NCBI GenBank assembly: GCA_041651455.1
Contig: JBAZJG010000001.1
Location: 13,173 to 77,172 of the forward strand
Direction: 5' to 3'
DNA length: 64,000 nucleotides
Source of the DNA: Candidatus Omnitrophota bacterium
Lineage (GTDB): Bacteria; Omnitrophota; Gorgyraeia; Pluralincolimonadales; Pluralincolimonadaceae
Shown here: positions 1-9,402 of the stretch, piece after piece
Numbering within the stretch: the stretch's first letter is position 1
How the letters are laid out: each line of letters begins with the position of its first letter
The notes under the pieces: model-generated
What the model was told of the DNA's origin: nothing
Seen by the model: the letters and a program-made list of their open reading frames with translations, nothing else
Databases searched by the model: none
Translations under genes and position numbers: made by a program

Positions 1-273
1 GGAAACGCGATACACGCCAAAATAGGAAAGAACGCGCTGCTGCACGGGCAGAACGCGATAGGCGGAAGCGGCGGCGAGAGCGACAAGGGATGGTACGGCG
101 GCCCCGTGATCGGCGATAACGTCACGATGTATTTCGGAGCGAAAGTGCTGGCGCCGGTAAAGATCGGGGACAACTCCGTTATAGGCGCTGCGTCGCTCGT
201 GCTCGAAGATGTGCCGGACAATAAAGTCGTCGTCGGCATACCCGCGAAAATCATCAGGGATAATAATGGCTAA
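1..273 (+). CDS. Hexapeptide-repeat (LbH) acyltransferase, C-terminal fragment; CysE/WcaB-like O-acetyltransferase. 5' end lies outside the window.
   Basis: Frame 1 translates to ...IGDNVTMYFGAKVLAPVKIGDNSVIGAASLVLEDVPDNKVVVGIPAKIIRDNNG*. These are typical left-handed beta-helix hexapeptide repeats of serine/sugar O-acetyltransferases. Confidence 0.7.
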   Translation, partial: GNAIHAKIGKNALLHGQNAIGGSGGESDKGWYGGPVIGDNVTMYFGAKVLAPVKIGDNSVIGAASLVLEDVPDNKVVVGIPAKIIRDNNG

Positions 274-1162
274 GGACCTTTCGGTCATAATCGTCAACTG
301 GAACACCGGCGCCCTGCTTCGCGATTGCGTCGAGAGCGTCTACCGCGAGACGGTAAAGCACTCGCTGGAAGTCATCGTAGTGGATAACGCTTCCTCGGAC
401 GGCAGCATCCCGCTAGTCGAGAAAGAGTTCAGGAACGCGGTCGTGATAAAGAACAGCAAAAATCTCGGTTTCGCCAAGGGCAATAACATCGGCGTCGAGG
501 CCGCGGAAGGGAAATACGTAATATTGCTGAACCCCGACACGAAGGTGCTCGACGGCGCGCTCGATAAGATATGCTCATTCATGGAATCGGCCGGCGAAGA
601 TGTCGGCGCGGCCGGGCCGGTGCTGCTCAATAAGGACGGGAGTTTCCAGACGGAGCAGGGGATGAGGTTCCCCGGTCTCGGGACGGCGTTCGCGCAGTAT
701 TTCTTCCTGAGCAGGCTGTTCGGCCTGCCGGGTATTTTCATGAATCACGCCCCGTCAGGCAGGAACGCAGCCAAGGTCGACTGGCTCTGCGGCGCCTGCC
801 TCGCTTCGCCGAGGAAGATATACAAGGAGATGGGCGGGCTCGACGAGAAATATTTCATGTACGCGGAAGACATGGACTACTGCTATCGCCTGAAAGAGAA
901 GGGATACCGGACGGTCTTCTATCCCGAAGCGAATATAATGCATATCTCGAAACAGAGCACGTCGAAACAGGGCGAGGAGATATCGAAATTTCAGATAGAG
1001 AGCTTAAAAGAGTTCTTCAGGACAAAAAATCCCGCGTGGAAATACGCGATATTTAAGAACATCCTTTTCGGAGGGTTGGCAATACGTTTTCTTATGCTAT
1101 CCGTTATATCGCGGGAAAAAGCGCGCTCGATGAGGATCCTTCTTAAATATGTCTATGTATGA
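266..1162 (+). CDS. Family 2 glycosyltransferase (GT2)
   Basis: The ATG at 266 gives MAKDLSVIIVNWNTGALLRDCVESV...VVDNASSDGS...LLNPDT. This is the GT-A fold with DxD-type motifs. The start overlaps the stop of the upstream gene. Confidence 0.85.
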   Translation: MAKDLSVIIVNWNTGALLRDCVESVYRETVKHSLEVIVVDNASSDGSIPLVEKEFRNAVVIKNSKNLGFAKGNNIGVEAAEGKYVILLNPDTKVLDGALDKICSFMESAGEDVGAAGPVLLNKDGSFQTEQGMRFPGLGTAFAQYFFLSRLFGLPGIFMNHAPSGRNAAKVDWLCGACLASPRKIYKEMGGLDEKYFMYAEDMDYCYRLKEKGYRTVFYPEANIMHISKQSTSKQGEEISKFQIESLKEFFRTKNPAWKYAIFKNILFGGLAIRFLMLSVISREKARSMRILLKYVYV

Positions 1163-2294
1163 GATAAGGAACAAAAAAGACAGGTACCTCGCGATGGCGG
1201 CCGACGCCGTATTAAGGCCTTTCGCGGCGGCGGTTAAGCTGGTAAGGGAAGAGTCGAAATATTTCAAGCCGCCCGAGATCGTAAAGAGAGTCCTCATAAT
1301 GCGCGTAGACAATATCGGCGACGTCGTGATGGCGACCTCGCTTGTGCGCGAACTGAAGAAGAAAATATTCAGGAATGCCAGGATAGACCTGCTCGTGAGG
1401 CCGGAGGCGGTGCCGTTGCTTCGCAACAACCCCTATGCCGCGGAGATCATACCTTACCGCGGGATACAGACGGCCGCGGCAATCCGCGCAAAGGATTACG
1501 ACGTCGCGATAGAGCCGCGCGGAGACCTGCGCTACATCTTCTTTTTATTCATGGCCGGGGTAAAGCGGCGAGTCGGGTTCGACCGTGCCGGCGGCGCGTA
1601 TATGCTGACGGATATCGTGCCTTACAAGAGCGGCATGCCCATGACGGCAAGGAACATGGAGATAGTCAAATATTTCGACAAGGAAGTGAATGCCGAGGCG
1701 CATTCCGAATTGTTCGAGACCGAGACGGGCGCCCGGGAAGCCGACGAGCTATTGAAGGCGATAGACGCGAGAAAGAGGACGGTAGGGATATTCCCGTGCT
1801 CTAAGTTCGCTGCGAAGGAATGGGAACCGGCGAAGTTCGGAATGCTCGCGAAGAAGATATCGGAAGAGGGATTCGTTCCCGCGATATGCGGCAGTGACAG
1901 CGAGATAGAAAAATGCGGCCAGGTGGCGGACAACTCCGGCGGGAGCGCCGTAAACCTCGCCGGGAAGCTCTCGCTAGAAGGCCTCGTGAGTTTCGTCAAG
2001 AGGTGCGATTGCGTAATTGGCAACGACAGCGCGCCGGTCCATATAGCCGCGGCGCTCGACGTGCCTGTAATAATCGTATCGGGGCCGATGGACGCGGATA
2101 TCGTCAAGCCGCACCACAGGTCCGAGGATAAGTTAAGGGTCGTCTTCAAACGGCTGCCGTGCTCTTTCTGCAACAGCATAAAAGTGTTGCCCGCGAAGTG
2201 TCGCGGCAAAACCACGCCGGAATGCCTCGAGAAGATAGAGGTCGATGAGGTTTTCTCCGCGTTTCGAGAGGTAGCGGCCGAATGCAGGATGTGA
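1149..2294 (+). CDS. Family 9 glycosyltransferase (heptosyltransferase-like)
   Basis: RVDNIGDVVMATSLVRELKK near the N-terminus, and GNDSAPVHIAAALDVPVI near the C-terminus, are characteristic of GT9/RfaF-like enzymes. Confidence 0.7.
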   Translation: MSMYEIRNKKDRYLAMAADAVLRPFAAAVKLVREESKYFKPPEIVKRVLIMRVDNIGDVVMATSLVRELKKKIFRNARIDLLVRPEAVPLLRNNPYAAEIIPYRGIQTAAAIRAKDYDVAIEPRGDLRYIFFLFMAGVKRRVGFDRAGGAYMLTDIVPYKSGMPMTARNMEIVKYFDKEVNAEAHSELFETETGAREADELLKAIDARKRTVGIFPCSKFAAKEWEPAKFGMLAKKISEEGFVPAICGSDSEIEKCGQVADNSGGSAVNLAGKLSLEGLVSFVKRCDCVIGNDSAPVHIAAALDVPVIIVSGPMDADIVKPHHRSEDKLRVVFKRLPCSFCNSIKVLPAKCRGKTTPECLEKIEVDEVFSAFREVAAECRM

Positions 2295-3031
2295 CGGTCT
2301 CCATAGTAAATTACAACAGCCGCGCGGACCTGATAGGATGCCTGGAGTCGCTGGGGGAGGCGCACGCAGCTTTTGTAATAGATAACGCATCTTCGGAATC
2401 GATACGCGATCTCGAAGATAAGTATAAATGGGCGCATTTTATATTCAATGAAAAGAATGCGGGCTTTGGCGCGGCGAATAATATCGCGCTCAAGAAGGCG
2501 AATACAAGATACTTTTTGATATGCAATCCCGACATACGTTTCGGGAAGAAGACGATAGAGACGCTCGTTGAATATATGGACGCCAACCCGGATGTAGCAA
2601 TCGCCGGGCCAAAGCTGGTCAACGAAGACGGGACGGTCCAGTATTCATGCAGGCGGTTCCCGACGCCGGCGACGTTCTTCGCGAGGGGATTCTTCCCGGG
2701 GAAGAGCCCGAAGTTCATGCGCGATTACCTTATGGCGGACGCCGACCGCTCAAGGCCGCTGGACGTCGACTGGGTGCTCGGCAGTTTCATGTTCACGCGC
2801 CGCGAAGAGCTCGCGAAATTAGGCGGGTTCGACGAGAGCCATTTCATGTATTATGAGGATATAGACCTCTGCTACCGCGCAAAGAAGGCGGGAATGCGCG
2901 TCGTATACGCGCCGCAGGCGGAGGCCGTTCATAGATATAAGCGCGAGAGCGCGCAAGGGCTGTTCAACAAACTGAAAATTCACCATACGGTAAACGCGAT
3001 GAGGTTCTTCGCCAGGAGGATGTTCAAATGA
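2282..3031 (+). CDS. Family 2 glycosyltransferase (GT2)
   Basis: VSIVNYNSRADLIGCLESL...VIDNASSE...ICNPDIRF...YYEDIDLCYRAKKAGMRVVY. This is the GT2 fold, paralogous to 266..1162. Confidence 0.85.
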   Translation: MQDVTVSIVNYNSRADLIGCLESLGEAHAAFVIDNASSESIRDLEDKYKWAHFIFNEKNAGFGAANNIALKKANTRYFLICNPDIRFGKKTIETLVEYMDANPDVAIAGPKLVNEDGTVQYSCRRFPTPATFFARGFFPGKSPKFMRDYLMADADRSRPLDVDWVLGSFMFTRREELAKLGGFDESHFMYYEDIDLCYRAKKAGMRVVYAPQAEAVHRYKRESAQGLFNKLKIHHTVNAMRFFARRMFK

Positions 3032-4068
3032 TAAGCTTATTGGCGGCGATCTTGATAGCCGGGGCTCCAATAGCACCGATGCAGGCAAACAGCGGCGCGG
3101 GGCTAGCGCCGCGGAATTTCGGCACCTACATGGGCGGAGTCCTCGGGGTGTGGGCACCGATAGAGGTCTACGAGAAAGAGATCCCGTACGCCAAAGACCT
3201 GAATATCGGCATAACACGCCTCAACACCGACTGCTGGGACGAGCTCGAGCCGTCGCGCGGGAAATTCACCTGGGACAAGATGGACAAGATAGTAGACCTC
3301 CTGCGCCGCAACGATATAGATATCCTTTTCACGGTGCCGATATCCGCGAAATGGAACGCGAGCGGCGGGCCGACGCGCGTTAATAATTTCGATATAGGCA
3401 CATCGCACTTCCCGGCGAAGGACCTCGGCGATATAGAGAGGTTCTGCGAGGCGCTGGCATCGCATTATAGGGGAAGGATCAAGTATTACGAGGCGTGGAA
3501 CGAGCCCGACCTCTTCATATTCTGGAGGGGCAAGCCCGACGTAAAGGAATACATCGAAGTCCTCAAGAGGATGTACACGGGCCTCAAGAGGGGCGACCCC
3601 GGCTGCAAGGTCCTCGTCGGGGGCATCGCGTACCCGCTAGACGACAACTTCATGAAAGGCCTCATGAACGGCGGCGCGTTCGACTATTTCGACATATTCA
3701 GCATCCACGGCTATTCGAAGTCGGAATGGGACTTCCAGAGGGCGCTGACGAACACGAAGAACATCATCAAATGGTCCGGCAAGCCGAAACCGCTCTGGAT
3801 AACCGAGGTCTCGACGACGCCGGATTTCTTCAAGAGCAACGACCGGGCAAGGGAAGAGAAGGACAAAGCGGAACTTCTCCCGAAGCTTTATGACCTCTTC
3901 TTCAGGGAGGGCGTAGAAGTGGTCTTCTGGCACACGCTCCGCGACTGCGGCACCGAGCTCGGTCTGCCGAAGGACTTCGATTTCGGGCTCATGACGTCGG
4001 ACTACAGGAAACTCCCGGCTTACGACGCGCTCAAGAAATACACGGATGACGCGATAAATAAAAGGTAG
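3028..4068 (+). CDS. Clan GH-A TIM-barrel glycoside hydrolase (GH5/GH39/PslG-like), likely EPS-processing
   Basis: The EAWNEPD motif matches the NEP catalytic-acid motif of clan GH-A. A hydrophobic N-terminus is present. The gene sits inside the EPS locus. Confidence 0.5.
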   Translation: MISLLAAILIAGAPIAPMQANSGAGLAPRNFGTYMGGVLGVWAPIEVYEKEIPYAKDLNIGITRLNTDCWDELEPSRGKFTWDKMDKIVDLLRRNDIDILFTVPISAKWNASGGPTRVNNFDIGTSHFPAKDLGDIERFCEALASHYRGRIKYYEAWNEPDLFIFWRGKPDVKEYIEVLKRMYTGLKRGDPGCKVLVGGIAYPLDDNFMKGLMNGGAFDYFDIFSIHGYSKSEWDFQRALTNTKNIIKWSGKPKPLWITEVSTTPDFFKSNDRAREEKDKAELLPKLYDLFFREGVEVVFWHTLRDCGTELGLPKDFDFGLMTSDYRKLPAYDALKKYTDDAINKR

Positions 4069-4070
4069 AT

Positions 4071-5396
4071 ATGGCGCAAGGTTACGACAGGAGAAAACAA
4101 CTATTTACGATGCTGGTATGCGACCTCGCGGTCATATACGCGAGCTTGGCGCTTGCCATATGGGCATCGGTAAAGACGGGCCTGGTCACGGGGTTTGAAA
4201 AGAGCATAAGCACCCCCGAGTTCCTGTTCATGGGCCCGTATTTCATATTCGTATTCAAGAGCGTCGGGCTGTATAAAGAGAAGACCGGCATACTCCACAT
4301 AAAGGAGACGATCTCGATATTCAGGGGGATACTGTTCGGGTTCCTCTTCGTATTCCTGCTGTTCTTCCTGTTCCCGGTCGTCGCGGGCCTGCATAAGTCG
4401 CTGTTCTTTTTCTTTGTCTTCATGATGTGCCTTATGCCGCAGGAGCGCCTCCTTTTGCGCAAATGGACTCAAAGCCGCCACGAGAGGGGAATAGGCGTCA
4501 CAAATACGCTCATAATAGGCACGGGAGTGGTCGCGCAACGGCTCGCGACCAAACTCCGCCTTACGCCGAAGATCGGGTTCAAGCCCGTGGGCATGCTCGA
4601 AGACATTACTACCCTGCCGGACCACGCCGCGAAGAAGAAGGTCGGCGCCGTTTTCATGGCCGAGCAGGACCTGCCTTACGGCAAAGTGCTCAGCGTCATG
4701 AACTTCTGCGCCGAGAAGAAGATATTGTTCAGGTTCGTCCCGTATATCTATAACATGCCCATAGACCTCATCTCGATGGACGATATCGAGGGCATCCCGG
4801 TCATCGGCATGCGCGGATACAGCCCGCATTCGCTTTACGCGGCATTCAAACGCCTCGTGGATTTCATGGTGGCGTTCATGGCGCTGGTGTTTTTCCTGCC
4901 CATAGGTTTGGCAATTTCGATCGCCATAAAGCTCGACTCTCCCGGGAAGGTGATCTTCAGCCAGAAGAGGGCGGGGCAGTTCGGAAAACCGTTCAGGATA
5001 ATGAAATTCCGCACGATGTTCGCGGAAGCGTCGAGATACGACTTTTCTCCTAAGGACTCAAACGACTCGCGCATAACAAAGGTGGGGAGGATACTGCGCA
5101 AGACCGGGCTCGATGAGCTGCCGCAGTTCCTGAACGTGCTTATGGGAGACATGAGCTTAGTAGGGCCGAGGCCCGAGATGGAATTCATAGTAAAGGATTA
5201 TAATGCGATACAGAAAGAGCGCCTGAAGGTCAAACCCGGCATCACAGGCCTCTGGCAGATAAGCGAACACCGCAAGCTGCCTATCCACGAGAACATGGAA
5301 TACGACCTTTTCTACATAGAGAACCAAAGCCTGCTGCTGGACCTTGCCATACTCCTGCGTACGCTCCTCTCAGTTTTCGGCCTCAAAGGCAAGTAA
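4071..5396 (+). CDS. Undecaprenyl-phosphate sugar-1-phosphate transferase (WbaP/EpsB-type priming glycosyltransferase)
   Basis: N-terminal TM helices are followed by a C-terminal bacterial sugar-transferase domain (KRAGQFGKPFRIMKFRTM...DELPQFLNVLMGDMSLVGPRPE). Confidence 0.85.
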   Translation: MAQGYDRRKQLFTMLVCDLAVIYASLALAIWASVKTGLVTGFEKSISTPEFLFMGPYFIFVFKSVGLYKEKTGILHIKETISIFRGILFGFLFVFLLFFLFPVVAGLHKSLFFFFVFMMCLMPQERLLLRKWTQSRHERGIGVTNTLIIGTGVVAQRLATKLRLTPKIGFKPVGMLEDITTLPDHAAKKKVGAVFMAEQDLPYGKVLSVMNFCAEKKILFRFVPYIYNMPIDLISMDDIEGIPVIGMRGYSPHSLYAAFKRLVDFMVAFMALVFFLPIGLAISIAIKLDSPGKVIFSQKRAGQFGKPFRIMKFRTMFAEASRYDFSPKDSNDSRITKVGRILRKTGLDELPQFLNVLMGDMSLVGPRPEMEFIVKDYNAIQKERLKVKPGITGLWQISEHRKLPIHENMEYDLFYIENQSLLLDLAILLRTLLSVFGLKGK

Positions 5397-5420
5397 AGTA
5401 TGGTATAATTATAAATCAAT

Positions 5421-6743
5421 ATGTTTAATGGGTTTAACGCAGACAAGAAGCGCCTGGCGAGCAACTTTTTCAGCTTATCGTCTATCGAGGCGGCAAACTA
5501 TCTCCTGCCCCTGGTCACGGTGCCGTATCTCGTGCGGGTGCTGGGGCCGGGGAAGTACGGGCTTATCGCGTTCGCGCAGGCGCTGATACAGTATTTCATC
5601 ACATTTACGGATTACGGGTTCCAGCTGACCGCGACCCGGGCGATATCGGTGGCCAGGGATGACACAGAGAAGGTCTCAAGGATATTCTCGACCGTCACGC
5701 TGATAAAGGCCGGCTTCATGCTGGTGAGCTTCGCGGCGGTGCTTTCGATAGTTTATTTTATACCGAAGTTCAGGCAGGATGCTCTTTTATATATATTCGC
5801 GTTCGGGATGGTAATAGGCGACGTGCTCTTTCCCGTATGGTTCTTCCAGGGGATGGAGAGGATGAAGTTCATCGCCGCCATCAACCTGCTCGCCCGCACC
5901 CTTTTCGTGCTCGCGATATTCCTGTTCATCAGGAAGGAGTCGGATTATATCTACGCCCCGCTCATAACTTCGGCGGGGGCGATGATCGCCGGGCTCGTCA
6001 GCATTATAATGGTGTTCACGCGCTTCAACATCAAATTCGTAATGCCGTCGGCGGCGGACATGGCGCGGCAGGTGAAAGAAGGATGGAACGTATTCATCTC
6101 GATGATATCCATAAGTTTGATCACGACGAGCAACACGTTCATACTCGGTTTGTTCGCTCCGCTCGAGGCGGTCGGGTTCTATTCGGCGGGCGAGAAGATA
6201 ATACTCATAGCGAACAAGGCGTTCAACCCGATACTGGTCGCCGTATTCCCGCATATCGCGAAGACGGCGGCGGCCGCGCGCGACATAGCGATATTGAAGC
6301 TCAGGAAGCTGTTCGTGCTCGTGATGACGTTCTCGTTCGCGGCATTCGCGCTGATATTCATATTCAGCGGCGCCATAACGGCCGTGATACTCGGCGCGAA
6401 GTTCGGCCCGACGGCAGGCATCCTGCGCATACTTTCACCGCTGGCGTTCATTGTGCCGGTGGCATACATATTCGCGAACCTCGGGCTGCTGCCGTTCAAG
6501 CTCGACAGGTATTTCGCGAGGATATATATATTCGGCGGTGTCCTGAATATCACACTGCTGATAACGCTGTTATATTATTTTAAGATGGGGGCGACAGGCG
6601 CGGCTGTATCGGTATTGATAACGCAGATGGTTATTACGTCGCTCATGTACGCCGCACTGAGAAAGCACGGCATAAAGATAGTGAATATGGACATCCCGTC
6701 ATTATTGGCGGTATTCAACAGGAAAGCGATAACGGATAACTGA
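5421..6743 (+). CDS. Polysaccharide flippase (Wzx, MOP superfamily)
   Basis: 440 aa with about 12 predicted TM helices. The N-terminus (LLPLVTVPYLVRVLGPGKYG) is typical of O-antigen/EPS flippases. Confidence 0.7.
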   Translation: MFNGFNADKKRLASNFFSLSSIEAANYLLPLVTVPYLVRVLGPGKYGLIAFAQALIQYFITFTDYGFQLTATRAISVARDDTEKVSRIFSTVTLIKAGFMLVSFAAVLSIVYFIPKFRQDALLYIFAFGMVIGDVLFPVWFFQGMERMKFIAAINLLARTLFVLAIFLFIRKESDYIYAPLITSAGAMIAGLVSIIMVFTRFNIKFVMPSAADMARQVKEGWNVFISMISISLITTSNTFILGLFAPLEAVGFYSAGEKIILIANKAFNPILVAVFPHIAKTAAAARDIAILKLRKLFVLVMTFSFAAFALIFIFSGAITAVILGAKFGPTAGILRILSPLAFIVPVAYIFANLGLLPFKLDRYFARIYIFGGVLNITLLITLLYYFKMGATGAAVSVLITQMVITSLMYAALRKHGIKIVNMDIPSLLAVFNRKAITDN

Positions 6744-6759
6744 AACAGGAGGATGAGAG

Positions 6760-8313
6760 ATGGACGAAGTCACTTTGAGGGATTATCTGAAGGTACTTTT
6801 CAGGCAAAAATGGGTGGTTATAACGTCAATACTGACGGTAACGATAGTTGTGGGGCTTGGACTCTGGATGAAGACCGAGACATACACGGCAACGGTAAAG
6901 ATGCTCGTTACCGCGCAGAAGGGAGTGGAGTCGCAATTTTACGGCCCACTGATGAACATGCAGAGCGTCCAAGTCGCGCTTACGCAGAGCGAGATAGTCA
7001 AATCCAACCCCGTAATGGAGCGCACGCTCAGGGCTATAGGCCTCAAGCAGCTCGATTTCGAGAAGAAGTTCGCGAGCCCCTTGCGCAGGATAATAATAGA
7101 CAGGAACATCGCCTCGATAAACAAAAAGCTCGATGATATGGCATCAAAGATTCCGGATGAGAACATCAGGGAGCAGCAGAAGCAAAATGTGTTAGTCCGC
7201 CTTGCGCTCGAAGAACTCAAGCAAAATGTAAAGGTAGAACAAGTTCGCGATACGAATCTTTTCACGATATCATACAGCGATTTCGACCCCGGTATTGCCT
7301 CGGGTGTCGCAAATATAATAAGCCGTTCATATGTCATCTTCGACCTCGAACAGCAATTAGCTGAGATGCAGATGAAATACGGCGACAAGAACCTTGCGGT
7401 TATCCAGCTCAGGGACAGTATTGCCCAAATGGAGAAGAGCTTGACCGGCCAGGTATTACCGAATATAGAGGCGATAGGCCCGGCAAGCGTAAAGATAGTC
7501 GAGCAGGCAATGCCGCCCATGAGGCCATCGGGGCTTCCTAAAGTTCTTACGTTTATTCTAGCGTTCTTTATGAGTATTTTCCTCGGGGTCATGCTCGCGT
7601 TCGGGTTCGATTACATGGACCAGACGTTCAAGTCGCCGCAGGAGATCGAGAGCGTGCTGGGCATGCCGTTCCTCGGAGCGATACCCAAGAAGCCGAAACC
7701 CCACGACTACGAGCACATCTCCGACCAGTTATGTTTTGAGCTCAAGGACCGGAAGCTCAAGTCGCTTATGATAGTCGCATCTTATCCAAAGGAAGGCATT
7801 ACCACGGCAATCGCGAACCTCGCGAGGAGCATTTCTAACAAATGCAGGCCGAAGGTCCTTGTAATAGACGCGAACCTTCGCAAACCGGCCGTCCATACCG
7901 CCTTCAAGATCGCCAATAAGGCGGGGCTTGTGGATGTTCTTGAAGGGACCGTTTCCTTCAATGAGGCGGTAAACAACGTGACCGCAAATCTCGCTGTTCT
8001 CACAAGCGGAAAGATAAACCTGAATCCCGGCACCCTGCTTGAATCCCAGAAGATGGGTGTCCTCATAGACCATGCCAAGCAGGAGTATGATGTGGTATTC
8101 GTGGATTGCACGAACCTGCGTGAAGCAAAAGATGCTATCGTATTGAGCCCACACGTAGACAGCGTTGTATTTATGGTCGAAGAGGGCCGCACCCGCCGCC
8201 AAGTAGCTAAGGAAGCGGTTGAAGCGATCTCCAAGGCGAAGCCGGTCTTCCTCGGCGCCATACTTGGCAGTAAGCGTTTCGTCATCCCGAAGGCGATATA
8301 TGAAAGGATCTAA
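6760..8313 (+). CDS. Wzz/GumC-like chain-length determinant fused to a degenerate BY-kinase (P-loop) domain
   Basis: An N-terminal TM helix plus coiled-coil Wzz domain is followed by a second TM helix. The C-terminal CpsD/Wzc-like domain has SYPKEGITT in place of the Walker A motif GxGKT/S, so it is probably a pseudokinase. Confidence 0.65.
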   Translation: MDEVTLRDYLKVLFRQKWVVITSILTVTIVVGLGLWMKTETYTATVKMLVTAQKGVESQFYGPLMNMQSVQVALTQSEIVKSNPVMERTLRAIGLKQLDFEKKFASPLRRIIIDRNIASINKKLDDMASKIPDENIREQQKQNVLVRLALEELKQNVKVEQVRDTNLFTISYSDFDPGIASGVANIISRSYVIFDLEQQLAEMQMKYGDKNLAVIQLRDSIAQMEKSLTGQVLPNIEAIGPASVKIVEQAMPPMRPSGLPKVLTFILAFFMSIFLGVMLAFGFDYMDQTFKSPQEIESVLGMPFLGAIPKKPKPHDYEHISDQLCFELKDRKLKSLMIVASYPKEGITTAIANLARSISNKCRPKVLVIDANLRKPAVHTAFKIANKAGLVDVLEGTVSFNEAVNNVTANLAVLTSGKINLNPGTLLESQKMGVLIDHAKQEYDVVFVDCTNLREAKDAIVLSPHVDSVVFMVEEGRTRRQVAKEAVEAISKAKPVFLGAILGSKRFVIPKAIYERI

Positions 8314-8698
8314 GTTCCTTCTGCTCGCTGCCTTCGCCATGATGCCTTTCGGCGTCCATGACAGCGTTATAAGCGAAGTGCCGCAACCAAGGATAATTGC
8401 ACCCTGTGACACAGTAGACCTCACAGGAAAAAGTACCGTCGAATTCAAGTGGTACTCCTACATGAGGGCAACCGCCGCAAAAGGCGGATATTTTGACCTC
8501 AGGATCTTCAAAGGCACCGATATGTATGAAAGCAACATGATATTCAAACAGCAGGTTGACCCTCAAAAGAACAGCATAGAGGTGGACGCAAAGCTATTTG
8601 AGTCCGGCCAGACGTATTCATGGGAAATAAGACAGGTAAAATACGATTTGCGCAAAAGTGATTGGAGCTATGAAACGTTTAAGGTAACAACAAAATAG
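8300..8698 (+). CDS. Small secreted hypothetical protein
   Basis: The ATG at 8300 gives MKGSKFLLLAAFAMMPFGVH, a signal peptide. The longer ORF starting at 8219 overlaps the upstream gene and is unlikely to be real. Confidence 0.45.
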   Translation: MKGSKFLLLAAFAMMPFGVHDSVISEVPQPRIIAPCDTVDLTGKSTVEFKWYSYMRATAAKGGYFDLRIFKGTDMYESNMIFKQQVDPQKNSIEVDAKLFESGQTYSWEIRQVKYDLRKSDWSYETFKVTTK

Positions 8699-8706
8699 GA
8701 CCGACA

Positions 8707-9402
8707 GTGAGAAGTATTATAATAATATTTTCTTTAGTATTTATTGTTTTATATGGGGTATTTTTTACACTCGATGCTCTTGCACTCCAACACCTGACCC
8801 AGGAAGACGGAGTTATTGAGTGGTTCGGCGCTTTATGCTTTTTAGCCGCCTGCGTATTGTTATTTCGCGTATTTTACCGAACAAAGTACGCTTTTATTCT
8901 TCTATTGGGTATTGCCTGCTTTTTTGCTTTCGGAGAAGAAATTAGCTGGGGACAGCGGATAATAGGCTTTAAAACACCAGAATCAATCGAAAAAATAAAC
9001 GCACAGAAAGAATTTAATATCCATAACCTCAAATGGATTCAGCATAAAGACACTATTGGCATGGATATGAAGAGTATTTTAAATTTCAACCGTTTATTCA
9101 TTATATTTTGGATATCATATTGTGTCATTTTACCGATCGTATTTAAGTATGGCACATACGCCAGAAGCATCATTTTGCGCCTAAAAATCCCGGTGCTGCC
9201 CATATGGTTCGGAGTGTTGTTTTTTATAAATGAAATTACCTGTAAGTATCTGGATTGGTATTTGGATAACAAATGGCTGCAACGCCTTGGAGAGAACGAG
9301 GTCAAGGAAGCGATATGGGGGCTATTAATTTTGCTGATTAGTATTTATTGGACCAAAAAGAAGAAATCCATGATAGGTTGTAATACTCCGAATGATTTAT
9401 AA
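8707..9402 (+). CDS. Hypothetical integral membrane protein (first gene of the AT-rich segment)
   Basis: Multiple hydrophobic helices. GC content drops sharply from here on. Confidence 0.45.
   Translation: MRSIIIIFSLVFIVLYGVFFTLDALALQHLTQEDGVIEWFGALCFLAACVLLFRVFYRTKYAFILLLGIACFFAFGEEISWGQRIIGFKTPESIEKINAQKEFNIHNLKWIQHKDTIGMDMKSILNFNRLFIIFWISYCVILPIVFKYGTYARSIILRLKIPVLPIWFGVLFFINEITCKYLDWYLDNKWLQRLGENEVKEAIWGLLILLISIYWTKKKKSMIGCNTPNDL

Noticed and set aside
5344-5586. 80-aa ORF overlapping the end of the WbaP-like gene and the start of wzx
   Set aside because: It overlaps two strongly supported genes in another frame, and its Arg/Ser/Cys-rich composition is typical of off-frame translation.
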